NCBI RefSeq assembly: GCF_036007805.1
Contig: NZ_DASYOK010000058.1
Coordinates: 1 to 62,001, forward strand
Length of the DNA stretch: 62,001 nucleotides
Direction of reading: 5' to 3'
From: Yoonia sp.
GTDB lineage: Bacteria; Pseudomonadota; Alphaproteobacteria; Rhodobacterales; Rhodobacteraceae
The position numbers and the translations under genes were made by a program. Positions 1 through 11,001 of this stretch are shown here, in pieces. Under the pieces are notes generated by a model that saw only the letters and a program-made list of their open reading frames with translations, was not told the DNA's origin and did no database searches. Every line of letters begins with the position of its first letter. Positions within the stretch are counted from its first letter, which is position 1.

Positions 1-629
1 GTCGCATCGGTCTTTTGGTGTTCTGCGCCGAACAGGGCTTTGCCGGGGCCTTCAGTGAACGCGTTCTGGACAGCATCGAGGACGACTTGTCGGCCACCAG
101 CTTGTTTCTGATCGGCACCCGTGGCCTATCGATTGCTGCGGCGCGGGATCTCGCTCCGGACTGGTCCGCACCCATGTCTTCGCACACGCCAGCCATTCCG
201 AAATTGGCCGACAAGATTACCAAAGCGATCTACCGCGCCCTCGGCGAGGGTCGTTTTGGGCGTATGGATATGATCCATGCCGGATGGGCGTCCGGGCGAC
301 CTCAAGTCCTCCGGCAGGTTCTGTTGCCGGTCGACCTGTCGGCCCTGCCGCCGCCCGGGGCGACACGTCCGCTGACCCAGCTTCCAACGGACGCCCTGAT
401 CAATAGTCTCAGCGGTGACTATCTCCATGCCCTGGTGTGCAAGGCGGCGCTTCATGCCTTTGCCGCAGAGAACGAGGCGCGGATGGAGGCCATGTCCGCC
501 GCGGGCAGCCAGATCACGCGCGAGCTGGGCGAATTCGAGGCGACTCTGCGTCAGGTACGACAGGAAGCGATCACAGCCGAAATCATCGAACTGGGGACCG
601 GCACAGCGTCCGCGCGCGGCGCAAGGTGA
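1..629 (+). CDS. atpG: F0F1 ATP synthase subunit gamma, N-ATPase (alternative operon) type; 5' end outside the window
   Basis: C-terminus AENEARMEAMSAA...RQVRQEAITAEIIEL is the gamma signature; FCAEQGFAGAFSE is the variant of the conserved G-L-C-G loop; no atpD follows, as expected when gamma ends an N-ATPase operon. Confidence 0.88.
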   Translation, partial: RIGLLVFCAEQGFAGAFSERVLDSIEDDLSATSLFLIGTRGLSIAAARDLAPDWSAPMSSHTPAIPKLADKITKAIYRALGEGRFGRMDMIHAGWASGRPQVLRQVLLPVDLSALPPPGATRPLTQLPTDALINSLSGDYLHALVCKAALHAFAAENEARMEAMSAAGSQITRELGEFEATLRQVRQEAITAEIIELGTGTASARGAR

Positions 630-656
630 GCGCTACGGGGCTATCGCAGGCTCCTA

Positions 657-670
657 TTGATCTGCGTCAG
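657..670. promoter_or_regulatory. Crp/Fnr-type box TTGAT-CTGC-GTCAG
   Basis: 8/10 match to TTGAT-N4-ATCAA, in the intergenic region upstream of the next gene. Confidence 0.5.
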
Positions 671-798
671 CACAAGATGGCGCGGTTTGGGTCATGTTGG
701 TCGTGACCAAAGGTGTGGCACCCGCCCGCTTTGGGTCTACCGGCGCCATGACATCGACCAATCCGGCTCATGCAAACGGCGCCAGCAAGGATCCCGCA

Positions 799-1215
799 AT
801 GGCATACGCCCCGACACAACTCGGACAAGACCCGCAATTTGAACCGTTTCTGTACGCGCCCTTGGGTGAAGATCGACGCGGCAGCAGCGTCACCGTTCTG
901 TCGATGCTCGCCCGGCTCGGCGTCGATCCTTGGGGCGAGGCATCAGATCTCGCCAAGTTGCCCGAGGGCGCGGCGCGGCAAAGGTTGGAGGCGCTGATGA
1001 CACGTTTCCATGACGTACCGACCCCTGTTCCGGATCTGAGCAGGATCGTCTCGGGTCTTCTTGCCCTGCTGCCGAGGCGGCCGACAACGGCAAGTTCACC
1101 ACAGGACGGCGCTTCGGCCAAGCTTGTGCTGCCGCCGCAGGGATCCGCATTCTACTGGATCATCGCAGCAGGCCTGTTTCTTGGCTGGCTCGCGATGTTG
1201 GCACAAGGCCAGTGA
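799..1215 (+). CDS. Conserved hypothetical protein with a C-terminal TM helix
   Basis: AAGGA RBS before ATG 799 (alternative start 748); FEPFLYAPLGED...VLSMLARLGVDPW core; hydrophobic C-terminus. Confidence 0.7.
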   Translation: MAYAPTQLGQDPQFEPFLYAPLGEDRRGSSVTVLSMLARLGVDPWGEASDLAKLPEGAARQRLEALMTRFHDVPTPVPDLSRIVSGLLALLPRRPTTASSPQDGASAKLVLPPQGSAFYWIIAAGLFLGWLAMLAQGQ

Positions 1216-1278
1216 GATGCGCCCCTGCGCGAAACAGCCATGACCCAGCACAACCCCCAATCCTTAAAGGAGCCCTGA

Positions 1279-1626
1279 ATGACTGCAGATAACACCCTTT
1301 GGGACTTGGAAGAACGCTTCTGGACACAAGGCGCCGACAGTGCACGTCACGCCACGGCAAAAGGCGCCGTTTTCGTTTTGCCCTTTCCAGCAGGTATTAT
1401 TCAGGGCGATGCGCTCTGGAGAGAAAAAGACGTCGCCCAACGATGGCGTTCGGTGGTGATGAGCGAGCGTTACCTCTCACACCAGAAAGACATTGCGGTG
1501 TTGGCCTATCGCGTCTCTGCCGAACGTAGAGGCGAGCCGATCTATCAGGCGCTGTGCACCTCGACCTACCTGAACGACGACGGCAAGTGGCAGAGACTGG
1601 CGCACCAGCAGACGCCGCTGGGTTGA
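1279..1626 (+). CDS. NTF2-like / DUF4440 family protein
   Basis: LWDLEERFW start and W..xAHQQTP end typical of DUF4440; AAGGAG RBS. Confidence 0.75.
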   Translation: MTADNTLWDLEERFWTQGADSARHATAKGAVFVLPFPAGIIQGDALWREKDVAQRWRSVVMSERYLSHQKDIAVLAYRVSAERRGEPIYQALCTSTYLNDDGKWQRLAHQQTPLG

Positions 1627-1823
1627 TCGCAAGAGTTACCAGGCGCGGGATCTTATGGGCGGCAATGTTCAGGCGAAGCATCGAGGGCACGGTTCGCGTT
1701 CTGATCCATAAGCCTCTGTGATGCGCACAGCCTAACCTCAGTCAGTCCGCCATCTGCGATTCTGGATCATGATGAGGGTGGCCGCCAGTTCTTTTTCATT
1801 ACTGGACGGTGAAAGGATCCATC

Positions 1824-3275
1824 ATGCCCGCTACCAAAACGACATCTGCCGAACGCAGCCCCCGTTTCCACTTCCCCTCTGCCTATACCATTCTTTTCGC
1901 GCTGATCATCATCATCGCTGGACTGACATGGGTGATCCCAGCCGGCCAGTACGAGCGCGCGGCGTCCGAGGCGCTTGGCAAGGACGTTCCGGTCGCCGGA
2001 ACCTACGCGCCCACCGACGCCAATCCGCAAGGTTTGTTCGACGTCATCCTCGCGCCCATCGCGGGCTTCTACGATCCGGGCAGCTACAGCGCCAATGCCA
2101 TCGACGTCGCGCTCTTCGTCCTGATGATCGGCGGGTTCATCGGTGTTGTGACGGCCACGGGGGCCATCGATGCGGGCATCAAGCGGGCGATGGCACGGCT
2201 CGAAGGGCGGGAAAAGTGGATGATACCGATCCTGATGGCACTCTTTGCGGCGGGCGGCTCGACCTATGGCATGGCCGAAGAGACGTTGGCCTTTTACGTC
2301 ATCCTGACGCCGGTGATGATCGCGGCCGGCTATGACGCGCTGACGGCTGTTGCGGTGATCCTGCTGGGTGCGGGGGTCGGTGTGCTCGGCTCGACGGTAA
2401 ACGCCTTTTCGACCGTGATCGCGTCGGACGCCGCCGGCGTGCCCTTCACCGAAGGGCTGATGCTGCGGCTGGTCCTGCTTGCGCTGACCTTTGCAGTGAC
2501 AGTGGCCTATGTCATGCGCTACGCCGCACGGGTCAAAGCCGATCCGTCACGGTCTCTGGTCTTTGACAGAAAGGTCGAGAACGAAACGCATTTCCTGAGC
2601 GCGTCCGAGGCCGAGACAGGCGATTTCACAGGTCTGCACAAGATCGTCCTGATGCTTTTCGGCGCGACCTTTGCGGTGATGATCTGGGGCGTGTCCTTGG
2701 GCGGGTGGTGGATGGCCGAAATGAGCGGGCTGTTTTTGTTCGCTGGTATCGCCATAGGGATCATAGGACGGTTAGGAGAGAAGGGACTGGTCGACGCCTT
2801 CGTCGGCGGTGCGCGCGACCTGCTTGGCGTGGCGCTGATCATCGGGCTTGCGCGCGGCATTGTCGTGATCATGGACGCGGGGCACATCACCGACACGATC
2901 CTGCACTGGGCCGAAGGCACCGTCGCGGGCCTCAATGAGGTCGTCTTCATCAACGTGATGTACTGGATTCAGGTCGTCCTGTCGTTCTTCGTGCCTTCGA
3001 CCTCGGGCCTTGCCGTCCTGTCCATGCCGATCCTTGCCCCCGTCGGCGACTTTGCCGGGGTATCGCGCAGCCTCGTGGTGACCGCGTTCCAGTCGGCAGA
3101 AGGCGTGGTCAATCTGGTCACCCCCACCTCTGCCGTTGTCATGGGCGGGCTCGCCATAGGGCGGGTGCCCTATGAACGCTGGCTGCGCTTTGTCTGGCCA
3201 GTTCTCCTGGGTCTCACGATCATTGTCATGGCCACCCTCAGCCTTGGCGTAGTTTTGCAAGGAACACCGACATGA
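1824..3275 (+). CDS. arcD: YfcC-family transporter, probable arginine/ornithine antiporter
   Basis: [23 protein letters not shown] and PSTSGLA motifs; about 12 TM helices; ATGA overlap with arcA. Confidence 0.85.
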   Translation: MPATKTTSAERSPRFHFPSAYTILFALIIIIAGLTWVIPAGQYERAASEALGKDVPVAGTYAPTDANPQGLFDVILAPIAGFYDPGSYSANAIDVALFVLMIGGFIGVVTATGAIDAGIKRAMARLEGREKWMIPILMALFAAGGSTYGMAEETLAFYVILTPVMIAAGYDALTAVAVILLGAGVGVLGSTVNAFSTVIASDAAGVPFTEGLMLRLVLLALTFAVTVAYVMRYAARVKADPSRSLVFDRKVENETHFLSASEAETGDFTGLHKIVLMLFGATFAVMIWGVSLGGWWMAEMSGLFLFAGIAIGIIGRLGEKGLVDAFVGGARDLLGVALIIGLARGIVVIMDAGHITDTILHWAEGTVAGLNEVVFINVMYWIQVVLSFFVPSTSGLAVLSMPILAPVGDFAGVSRSLVVTAFQSAEGVVNLVTPTSAVVMGGLAIGRVPYERWLRFVWPVLLGLTIIVMATLSLGVVLQGTPT

Positions 3276-4495
3276 CCATCACATACGGCGTCCATTCCGA
3301 GGCGGGCAAGCTGCGCCGCGTTCTGGTTCACAAACCCGGGGCTGCTATGGCACGGCTGACGCCTGCCAACTGTGCCGAGCTGCTGTTCGATGACGTGATG
3401 TGGGTCAAGCAAGCGCGGATTGACCACATGACCTTTACCGATGCCATGCGCAATCGCGGGGTCGAGGTGGTGTTCCTGCGCCAGTTGTTGATGGAAACGC
3501 TCAAAGACCCGGAGGCGCGGCGCTGGTTGCTTGCGGCCCGGATCAGTGACAACACGGTGGGCGTGGGGCTGGCCAATGACCTTATGGCCCACCTGATGGA
3601 GATCGACGCCGATCTGCTGTCGACGATCCTGATCGGCGGCATGAGCAAGGCCGAATTACCGATTACGGACCGCGGTGTGCTGGCCCCCATGCTGGAGCCC
3701 GCTGATTTCATCCTGCCGCCCCTGCCAAACCACATCTTCACCCGCGACACGACGGCATGGGTCTATGGCGGTGTCACGCTGAACCCGATGCACTGGCCCG
3801 CAAGGCGGCTTGAGACGCTGAACCTTGCCGCGATTTACCGCTTTCATCCTGATTTCAAAGACGCGGGCTTTCCCGTCTGGTGGGGCGACCCGATGCAGGA
3901 TCACGGACCTGCGACGATCGAAGGCGGGGACGTCATGCCCATTGGAAACGGCACTGTGCTGATCGGCATGGGTGAACGCACCACCCCACAGGCGGTCGGA
4001 CAGGTCGCGCGCGGCCTGTTCGCAGGGGGTGGCGCGACCCGTGTCATCGCCTGCCAGTTTCCCCGTGCGCGCGGCTCCATGCACCTTGATACGGTCTTCA
4101 CCTTCTGCGACCGCGATCTGGTCACGGTCTTTGCCGAGGTGACCGATGCTATCCGTTGCTACAGCCTGCGCCCCGGCAAGGGCGAGGACGTCGTCGTGGA
4201 GGCCGAAACAAAACCGTTTCTGGAGGTGGTAGCCGACGCCCTTAGCCTCAAGAAACTGCGCACCGTGCCCACGGGCGGCGATGCCTACGAATCCGCCCGT
4301 GAACAATGGGACGATGCCAACAACCTGCTGTGCTTGGAACCCGGTGTCGTCGTTGGATACGAACGCAACGTCTACTCCAACACCCTTTTGCGCAAGGCGG
4401 GTGTCGAGGTCATCACAATCCCCGGATCAGAACTTGGACGCGGGCGTGGTGGATCACACTGCATGACCTGCCCCCTGGTTCGCGACCCCATTTAA
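3272..4495 (+). CDS. arcA: Arginine deiminase
   Basis: [29 protein letters not shown] and GRGGSHCMT catalytic motifs. Confidence 0.97.
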   Translation: MTITYGVHSEAGKLRRVLVHKPGAAMARLTPANCAELLFDDVMWVKQARIDHMTFTDAMRNRGVEVVFLRQLLMETLKDPEARRWLLAARISDNTVGVGLANDLMAHLMEIDADLLSTILIGGMSKAELPITDRGVLAPMLEPADFILPPLPNHIFTRDTTAWVYGGVTLNPMHWPARRLETLNLAAIYRFHPDFKDAGFPVWWGDPMQDHGPATIEGGDVMPIGNGTVLIGMGERTTPQAVGQVARGLFAGGGATRVIACQFPRARGSMHLDTVFTFCDRDLVTVFAEVTDAIRCYSLRPGKGEDVVVEAETKPFLEVVADALSLKKLRTVPTGGDAYESAREQWDDANNLLCLEPGVVVGYERNVYSNTLLRKAGVEVITIPGSELGRGRGGSHCMTCPLVRDPI

Positions 4496-4505
4496 GGAAT
4501 ATCCC

Positions 4506-5507
4506 ATGCCACAGAACCTGCGCGGACGCAGTTTTATCAAACTGCTTGATTTTACACCGGAAGAAATCCGGCACCTGTTGCAACTCGCTGCCAGCCTCAA
4601 GTTGGCGAAAGCAGGCGGATATGAACAGCAAATGCTTCAAGGCAAGAACATCGCCCTGATCTTTGAAAAGGACAGCACACGCACCCGCAGCGGGTTCGAG
4701 GTCGCAGCCTACGATCAAGGCGCGCATGTCACTTATCTGGGGCCATCGGGAAGCCATATCGGCCACAAGGAAACCATGAAGGACACCGCCCGCGTGTTGG
4801 GCCGGTTCTACGATGGTATCGAATACCGTGGCTTTGGCCAAAAGGATGCCGAGGTGTTGGCCGAATTTTCAGGCGTGCCCGTGTTCAACGGGCTGACGGA
4901 TGATTTCCACCCGACACAAATCCTCGCCGATCTGATGACCATGCGCGAGTTCACCCACAAACACCTGTCTGATATCGCCTTTTGCTTCATGGGGGATGCC
5001 GGCAACAACATGGGCTCAAGCCTGATGGTTGGTGCCGCCCTGATCGGCATGGATATCCGCCTGTGTGGTCCCCAAAGCTGCTGGCCCGACGATGACCTTG
5101 TCGCTCAATGTCGCACCATCACCGAGACCACGGGTGCCCGCATCACCTTGACCGAGAAGCACGCCGAAGGCCTTGAAGGGGCGGATTTCGTCTATACGGA
5201 TGTCTGGGTCTCGATGGGTGAACCTGATGAGGTCTGGGAAGAGCGGATCGCCCTTTTGTCACCCTATCGCGTCACCACGCAAGTGATGGAAAAGACCAAG
5301 AACCCTTACGCCAAATTCCTGCACTGTTTGCCCGCTTTCCACAACCGCGACACCGAAGTAGGCGAGGCGACGTTCCAGAAATTCGGGATCGACTGCATGG
5401 AGGTGACAGAAGAGGTATTCGAAAGCGCAGCCTCGGTCGTGTTCGATCAGGCCGAGAACCGGATGCACACGATCAAGGCGGTTCTTGTCGCCACGATGGG
5501 GGCCTGA
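4506..5507 (+). CDS. arcB: Ornithine carbamoyltransferase (catabolic)
   Basis: [22 protein letters not shown] and QAENRMH motifs; lies in the arc operon. Confidence 0.96.
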   Translation: MPQNLRGRSFIKLLDFTPEEIRHLLQLAASLKLAKAGGYEQQMLQGKNIALIFEKDSTRTRSGFEVAAYDQGAHVTYLGPSGSHIGHKETMKDTARVLGRFYDGIEYRGFGQKDAEVLAEFSGVPVFNGLTDDFHPTQILADLMTMREFTHKHLSDIAFCFMGDAGNNMGSSLMVGAALIGMDIRLCGPQSCWPDDDLVAQCRTITETTGARITLTEKHAEGLEGADFVYTDVWVSMGEPDEVWEERIALLSPYRVTTQVMEKTKNPYAKFLHCLPAFHNRDTEVGEATFQKFGIDCMEVTEEVFESAASVVFDQAENRMHTIKAVLVATMGA

Positions 5508-5508
5508 A

Positions 5509-6498
5509 ATGCGGGTGGTGGTGGCCCTTGGCGGCAATGCGCTTTTGCAGCGAGGCGAGCCGATGACGGCCGAGGCGCAACACACGAACGTGCGGATCGC
5601 GGCAACTGCTCTGGCGGACCTGGCCCGCGATCATCAGATCGTGGTGGCGCATGGCAACGGGCCACAGGTCGGCCTGCTCGCCTTGCAGGGTGCGGCGTAC
5701 GATCCGGCAAAGCCCTGGCCGCTGGATGTGCTGGGCGCCGAAACCGAGGGCATGATCGGATATCTGATCGAGCAGGAGCTCATGAACGCGCTGCCCGAGG
5801 GCGCGCAATGCGCCACCCTGCTGAGCCGGGTAGAAGTGAACCCAAAGGACCCTGCCTTTGAGACCCCAAGCAAGCCCATTGGACCCGTGTACACCGAGGC
5901 CGAGGCAGAGCAGGCGGCGAAAGATCATGGCTGGGCCATGGTGACCGAGGCGTCGGGCGGCCAGCGCCGTGTCGTTGCCTCGCCCCTACCCATCAGGATC
6001 GTGGGGCTGGACGCCATCAAGGTCCTTCTGGGCGCGGGGCACACTGTCATCTGCGCCGGGGGCGGTGGCATTCCCGTCATGCGGAACGCGAATGGAGAGA
6101 TGATGGGCGCGGAAGCGGTTATCGACAAGGACCGAACGTCAGCCCTTCTCGCCCTTGGCCTCGGCGCAGACGCGCTTCTGCTTCTGACTGACGTGCCAGC
6201 CGTCTACCGGGATTTTGGCGCTCCAAATCAGAGCGCTATAAGCACAACAACACCGTCTGAACTTGGGAAACTTGACCTTCCACCCGGATCGATGGGTCCC
6301 AAAGTCGCCGCTGCGGTGGCCTTTGCCACCGCCAGTGGCAAACTCGCTGGAATAGGACAGCTGACGGATGCCCGTGCCATTTTGGAGGGTCGTGCCGGAA
6401 CGCGCGTGCTTACAGACCATCCCAATGCTGGGCAACGCGCGACAGATGAGACCTCAGCACAACAACCGGCCAAATTTGCCATTCGAGGCACGCGGTGA
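5509..6498 (+). CDS. arcC: Carbamate kinase
   Basis: [31 protein letters not shown] and GSMGPK motifs. Confidence 0.96.
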   Translation: MRVVVALGGNALLQRGEPMTAEAQHTNVRIAATALADLARDHQIVVAHGNGPQVGLLALQGAAYDPAKPWPLDVLGAETEGMIGYLIEQELMNALPEGAQCATLLSRVEVNPKDPAFETPSKPIGPVYTEAEAEQAAKDHGWAMVTEASGGQRRVVASPLPIRIVGLDAIKVLLGAGHTVICAGGGGIPVMRNANGEMMGAEAVIDKDRTSALLALGLGADALLLLTDVPAVYRDFGAPNQSAISTTTPSELGKLDLPPGSMGPKVAAAVAFATASGKLAGIGQLTDARAILEGRAGTRVLTDHPNAGQRATDETSAQQPAKFAIRGTR

Positions 6499-7115
6499 AA
6501 CTCACCCCCTTTTCAACAACCCTCAAAAACGGCGTATCCGCTCTCGTAAGAGAAGTGACACCGACAGATCGCCATCTGTTGGAGATTGGTTTCGCGCATT
6601 TGTCCGGTCGTGCAAGATATTTCCGGTTTCTGGGGACGCGCAAAAACCTCACCGAGAAAGAACTGGACAGTTTCACAGCCACAAACAGCCCAGACCACGT
6701 CGCGGTCGGCGCTTTGCTCAGGGGTGGACCAACACCAGAACCGATTGGTATCGCGCGATTTATACGTCTGCCGGGTCAAAAGCATGTCGCTGAGATCGCC
6801 ATCACCATTGCCGATCAATATCAGCATCAAAGGTTGGGCAGTGTTCTCCTTGGCGTTCTGGCGAAGTTCGCGAAGCGCAGCGGAATTACCGAGTTCATTG
6901 CTCTGGTCCACAGCGAGAATACAGCAATGCTGGGGCTTCTGCATAAATTCGGCGGCGTCCAAACAGTACTTAGCGGTGAAGAAATTGAGGTTACATTTCC
7001 CGTTTCTGCCATTTCTGCGCAAATTCCCAAGTCAACGGCAGACAAATGCGAAACACGGTTGCAGCCGCCCGGGCAATCATCAACCGGACGTCAGCTAGAC
7101 TCCGCCGGTTTGTGA
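6495..7115 (+). CDS. GNAT-family N-acetyltransferase (stand-alone Pat/acyl-CoA ligase-type GNAT domain)
   Basis: [32 protein letters not shown] and N.AML motifs; GTGA overlap with the arcC stop. Confidence 0.8.
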   Translation: MKLTPFSTTLKNGVSALVREVTPTDRHLLEIGFAHLSGRARYFRFLGTRKNLTEKELDSFTATNSPDHVAVGALLRGGPTPEPIGIARFIRLPGQKHVAEIAITIADQYQHQRLGSVLLGVLAKFAKRSGITEFIALVHSENTAMLGLLHKFGGVQTVLSGEEIEVTFPVSAISAQIPKSTADKCETRLQPPGQSSTGRQLDSAGL

Positions 7116-7327
7116 ACTTCCATCCGGAACTACCGAAAATAGCGGTTCCAGACCAACCTACATCAGTGTGGGAGAACGAGGGCTGCGCGATAGTCCCTGA
7201 GGTTCACCGAACTTAGGTGAACGTGTAACCAGTCCGAGTGAGCCTGAGACACGTGGGGCAATCTGTCCCCTCGTCCCCATGTCCCGCGTGTTTCACGTTT
7301 CCGGACCGTCCACGAAAGGACAATCCA

Positions 7328-7525
7328 ATGACACCCGATACCAATAAATCGACGAAAGTTGCCGACAAGATGAAAACCGTGAAGGCTGCGTGGGACAAGG
7401 CGCCCTCCGGCCCGAAGAAGGACGCGGCGCTAAAGCATTACCAAGCTGCGGAAAAGGCCCACACGGCCAAGAACGACGCCGACACGAACAAGGAACTGGA
7501 CGCCGCGACCCACGCTCTGGCGTAA
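7328..7525 (+). CDS. Small hypothetical protein (65 aa, helical)
   Basis: AAGGA RBS; codon usage like neighbouring genes; AWDKAPSGPKKDAALKHYQAAEKAH. Confidence 0.7.
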   Translation: MTPDTNKSTKVADKMKTVKAAWDKAPSGPKKDAALKHYQAAEKAHTAKNDADTNKELDAATHALA

Positions 7526-7535
7526 CGTGACGGTA

Positions 7536-7566
7536 CGTCTGCCCGGCAATTGCAGCGGGGCAGACG
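7536..7566 (+). terminator. GC-rich hairpin after the small gene
   Basis: CGTCTGCCC...GGGCAGACG inverted repeat just after the stop; no U tract. Confidence 0.35.
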
Positions 7567-7914
7567 CACACGGGGCATCAATTCAGGATTTCCCGCTCGA
7601 ATTTTTTGCAGTCATTTCATAAAGACCTGAATTTCAACGTCACGGGTGGCCAGTCATTACTGTGCCACCCGTCATTCTATTGGGCGGCTCTCATGGGCAG
7701 TCGGGGTCACCAAGCACCATTTTACCGCAGCCACGCATTGCACAGCGGCGTAATTTTCTCGAATGGGTTCGGCTATGCAACAACATTTTTTTCCATAGGC
7801 TGATCAGGGTTAGTGCGGCTTTTGGGACAACAGGCGAAAAAGACTCAATCGCCGATTTCGGAACATGGCACTGCGTCATCTTCTGGAAAGGCTCGCTCCA
7901 AAAGGACAAGTCCC

Positions 7915-8550
7915 ATGAACAAGATGACTGGAATTCTCTCTGCCGCAACCATTATTGCCCTGACCGGCTGCACCTACAACGCTGGTACGCCAAGCAAACC
8001 TGCGACGGGTGCAGTTATCGGCGGTGTAACAGGGGCGGCGATCGGCAATGCGATTGGGGATGACACACGATCCACCATCATTGGCGGAGTGATCGGCGCT
8101 GCCGTGGGCGGTGCCATCGGCACCGATATGGCCCGACAGGAGCGCGAATTGAACCAGCAGCTCGCTGGCACTGGCGCAGTCATCACCAACACCGGCAGTC
8201 AGCTACGTGTCATCCTGCCTGAAGGCGTGACCTTCCCGACAGGGTCCTCCACGGTCGCGTCCAGTTTCCTGCCCGCCCTGAGCGAGGTCGCTCGCTCGCT
8301 GAACATGCATCCGAATTCGACTGTCCGTGTTGTAGGTCATACCGACACCGTGGGCTCTGCTGACTATAACCAACAGCTGAGCCGAGATCGGGCATTGGCC
8401 GTTGCGCGTATCCTGATCATGGAGGGCGTGTCCTCTTCGCGGATTACCTATTCCGGACGGGGCTTTGACGAGCCGATCACGACGAACGCCACTGCTTCAG
8501 GCCGGGCACAGAACCGCCGCGTCGAAATCGTGATCACGCCGACGCGCTGA
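7915..8550 (+). CDS. OmpA-family lipoprotein (YiaD-like, glycine zipper plus OmpA_C)
   Basis: Lipobox LTGC; GAVIGGVTGAAIG zipper; GHTD, YNQQLSRDRA and NRRVEI motifs. Confidence 0.92.
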   Translation: MNKMTGILSAATIIALTGCTYNAGTPSKPATGAVIGGVTGAAIGNAIGDDTRSTIIGGVIGAAVGGAIGTDMARQERELNQQLAGTGAVITNTGSQLRVILPEGVTFPTGSSTVASSFLPALSEVARSLNMHPNSTVRVVGHTDTVGSADYNQQLSRDRALAVARILIMEGVSSSRITYSGRGFDEPITTNATASGRAQNRRVEIVITPTR

Positions 8551-8642
8551 CCGGCATCAGCGCGAAAGCGTCGCACAGCCAGCAGTATAAATCGTGGTCG
8601 CAACGGATGAGGCGACCACCTACCTTCGGAAAGGAAAGCGCA

Positions 8643-8816
8643 ATGGACAAGGATCGGATGATCGGCTCTGCCAAGGTGGTCAAGGGCAAGGCCAAAGTAG
8701 CCGTCGGCAAAGCGGTTGGCGACGCAAAGCTCGAGGCAAAAGGCCAGGCCGACAAGGTCGAGGGCAAGGTCCAGAATGCTGTTGGCCACATCAAGGATAC
8801 CATCCGTGACGTCTAG
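8643..8816 (+). CDS. csbD: CsbD-family stress protein
   Basis: MDKDRMIGSAK.VKG..K.AVG.AVGD.KLEAKG.ADK.EGK.QNAVG.IKD. Confidence 0.9.
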   Translation: MDKDRMIGSAKVVKGKAKVAVGKAVGDAKLEAKGQADKVEGKVQNAVGHIKDTIRDV

Positions 8817-8933
8817 AACCCCCGTGTTTCGCGCCCTCGCCCATTCGCAGGCAATGGCCCGGGCAGCGTGGTCTCCTGACGGCCACGGTTGCGGCATGCG
8901 AGAGAGTGCTACCTGCCCGCGAGGACATGTCCG

Positions 8934-9074
8934 ATGAGCCGCAATTCTCTTCTCGTCTTGATCGGGGTCCTCGCCGTTTGCGCGGTGGTGGCAGGCTATC
9001 TCTACTATCAGGAACGCCAAAGCGGGATTGATATCGAGATCAACGAGCATGGCGTGACTATCGACGGAAACTGA
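8934..9074 (+). CDS. Small single-TM protein (46 aa)
   Basis: GAGGA RBS; MSRNSLLVLIGVLAV...YYQERQSGIDIEI. Confidence 0.7.
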   Translation: MSRNSLLVLIGVLAVCAVVAGYLYYQERQSGIDIEINEHGVTIDGN

Positions 9075-9153
9075 ATTGGCCCGCCAAGCGCCAACAATCT
9101 GAAATCCGGGATCGTCCTTTAACGCGGGGCGGCCCGTCAAAGGAGCATTCACC

Positions 9154-9318
9154 ATGTCAATCGGCACGATCCTCGTCATTATTCTTATCGTCTTCCTGCT
9201 CGGCGGATTCAGCGGGCGCTTCGGTGGCTATGGCTACGGCTTCGGTCATGCCGGGACCGGTGTTCTTGGCACGATCCTGATCATCGTGGTCATCCTGATG
9301 CTGCTAGGTCGCATCTGA
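9154..9318 (+). CDS. DUF3309-family small membrane protein (54 aa; not in the ORF track)
   Basis: Translated by hand as MSIGTILVIILIVFLLGGFSGRFGGYGYGFGHAGTGVLGTILIIVVILMLLGRI; AAGGAG RBS. Confidence 0.85.
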   Translation: MSIGTILVIILIVFLLGGFSGRFGGYGYGFGHAGTGVLGTILIIVVILMLLGRI

Positions 9319-9341
9319 CGGCAGGCCAACGCGGCACAACC

Positions 9342-10070
9342 TCAACGGAGTAGTGGCTCTTTATGATCCATGTAAGACGCATCAAACTGCGCGAACCTGG
9401 CCAGTTGATCATAGTCATCGAACGCGACGAACCCGTCCCGAAACGTGACCATTCCTGCTTCGCGCAGCTGCCTCAGCACCCGGTTGACGTGGACGGCGCT
9501 TAGCCCGAGAGCATCGGCCAGAAGGTACTGCGTCAGCGGACAGGCATAGCCGTCCTTGCTCCCCAGTCCGACCAAGGCAAGCCTGGCACCAAGCTCCAGC
9601 AGGAAATGCGCCATGCGTGCGGCCGCATCGCGGCGTCCCAAATCGACTAGATGTTCGACCACCATCGCCTCGTCGCGGGACGCGGCCCACAGAACCGCGG
9701 TGGCCAGCCGGGGCGTTTGCGCAAATGCATCCAGAAGGTCGGCGACATGAACTTCCGTCACCTCGATATCCGTCACAGGCTCGATGCTGTGATCCGATAC
9801 GTTCAATAGAACGCTGCGAAGCCCCAGGAAATCGCCGGGGATCTGGAAATCAACGATCTGCCGCTGACCATCCTCAAGAAGCTTGTAAGAACAGGCCCAG
9901 CCAGAGGCGAGGATATAGGCAGACTGATCCGATTGCCCCTGTTGCACAAGATCACGCCCCGCCATGAAGGCGCGGCGGCGCTTGTGCAAGGATGCAAGCA
10001 CCGACAATTCGGGGTCCGACAGGGCGACGAATGCGCCAAGCTTGCGGACGAGCGGTGTGTTTTCGATCAT
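9342..10070 (-). CDS. Crp/Fnr-family transcriptional regulator
   Basis: cNMP-like domain (GQRQIVDFQIPGDF) and HTH LTQYLLADALGLSAVHVNRVL; no N-terminal Fe-S cysteine cluster; alternative start 10100. Confidence 0.92.
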   Translation of the reverse strand: MIENTPLVRKLGAFVALSDPELSVLASLHKRRRAFMAGRDLVQQGQSDQSAYILASGWACSYKLLEDGQRQIVDFQIPGDFLGLRSVLLNVSDHSIEPVTDIEVTEVHVADLLDAFAQTPRLATAVLWAASRDEAMVVEHLVDLGRRDAAARMAHFLLELGARLALVGLGSKDGYACPLTQYLLADALGLSAVHVNRVLRQLREAGMVTFRDGFVAFDDYDQLARFAQFDASYMDHKEPLLR

Positions 10071-10123
10071 TTGTCCCTCATCGGTATTCAGCGAAGTCAT
10101 AGCAAAAGAAATCGCACCTGGGA

Positions 10124-10137
10124 CTGATGTCCATCAG
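10124..10137. promoter_or_regulatory. Palindrome CTGAT-GTCC-ATCAG (Crp/Fnr-type box) between the regulator and the divergent gene
   Basis: Exact 5-4-5 inverted repeat. Confidence 0.6.
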
Positions 10138-10223
10138 CACAGCATAGCAGATTCCTTGCAAGTCTGCTCCGTAAGTAGCAGGCGCGTCCCCCGCGTCGCA
10201 CTTGTCGGAGAGGTGAATACCCC

Positions 10224-10460
10224 ATGACGGACGACCAAATGCATTCAGGAATGGCCGCGCTAACCATCTGCGAAGCCCTGCTTCTTGCGTTGAATGACGC
10301 GCAAATTTTACCTGAGAAAGAAATCATGGGTGTTCTCACGGATGCAGCTGCAACCCATGAGAACGCTGTCGCATCCGAGGCTGATACCGTAAAGCACCGT
10401 GCCGCTGCAGCACTGATCCGGCGGATCATCGCCGGAGGGAATTCAGTCCGCAGACCCTGA
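10224..10460 (+). CDS. Conserved hypothetical protein (78 aa)
   Basis: GAGGTG RBS; AALTICEALLLALND...GGNSVRR. Confidence 0.75.
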   Translation: MTDDQMHSGMAALTICEALLLALNDAQILPEKEIMGVLTDAAATHENAVASEADTVKHRAAAALIRRIIAGGNSVRRP

Positions 10461-10528
10461 CTATGCGCATGCCCTCATTCTGTTGCCCTCCGTGTCAGAA
10501 GCACGGCCCTGCACGATAGGAGAAAGAC

Positions 10529-10873
10529 ATGAAACTTAATGCAAATTCGGCCACTTCATCTTCGCCCAAATCGCAAAAAGTGACAGAAGATTTCAACAAG
10601 CAGACCACGAAAGATCCCGCACAAGACGTCCCCCAAGCAGTAGACGACAGCAGGAAAAAGATCGACCGTCCCGGCTTTGATCTGGGCGGATCTTCTGGCG
10701 ATACACATGCCGGGACAGGCTTGGGCCTTGGCAATGATTCATCCGACACGCCGGGTGACAGACGGCTTCCGGGGCGCCGGCTTGACAACAAACTGACAAT
10801 CCCCCGCTGGGGTGGGCCCGAGCCAGATGGCAGGACCAAACCTGACAGGAAATCGACGGACAGCAAAACCTAG
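10529..10873 (+). CDS. Hydrophilic hypothetical protein
   Basis: AGGAG RBS; low-complexity sequence with KIDRPGFDLGGSSG. Confidence 0.6.
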   Translation: MKLNANSATSSSPKSQKVTEDFNKQTTKDPAQDVPQAVDDSRKKIDRPGFDLGGSSGDTHAGTGLGLGNDSSDTPGDRRLPGRRLDNKLTIPRWGGPEPDGRTKPDRKSTDSKT

Positions 10874-10879
10874 GTCCCG

Positions 10880-10972
10880 ATGGACGCTCTCCAAATTGGC
10901 ACGCTGCTGACCGTCTTCTCGATCATCGTGCAAGGGCGCACCATCACGCCTCTGGCCACGCGGCTTCGGTGA
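10880..10972 (+). pseudogene. C-terminal remnant of an NhaP/CPA1 Na+/H+ antiporter
   Basis: Reads ...TVFSIIVQGRTITPLATRLR*, matching the last TM motif FSIxVQGxT of CPA1 antiporters (compare FTLIVQGTT in 42030-44528). Confidence 0.5.
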
Positions 10973-11001
10973 GGAAGCGGACCCACACCAGATCTCCGCT
11001 G

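Noticed and set aside
7126-7149. GGAAC elements (also near 7860 and 12800) as EcfG promoters
   Set aside because: The -10 CGTT is absent at the proper spacing
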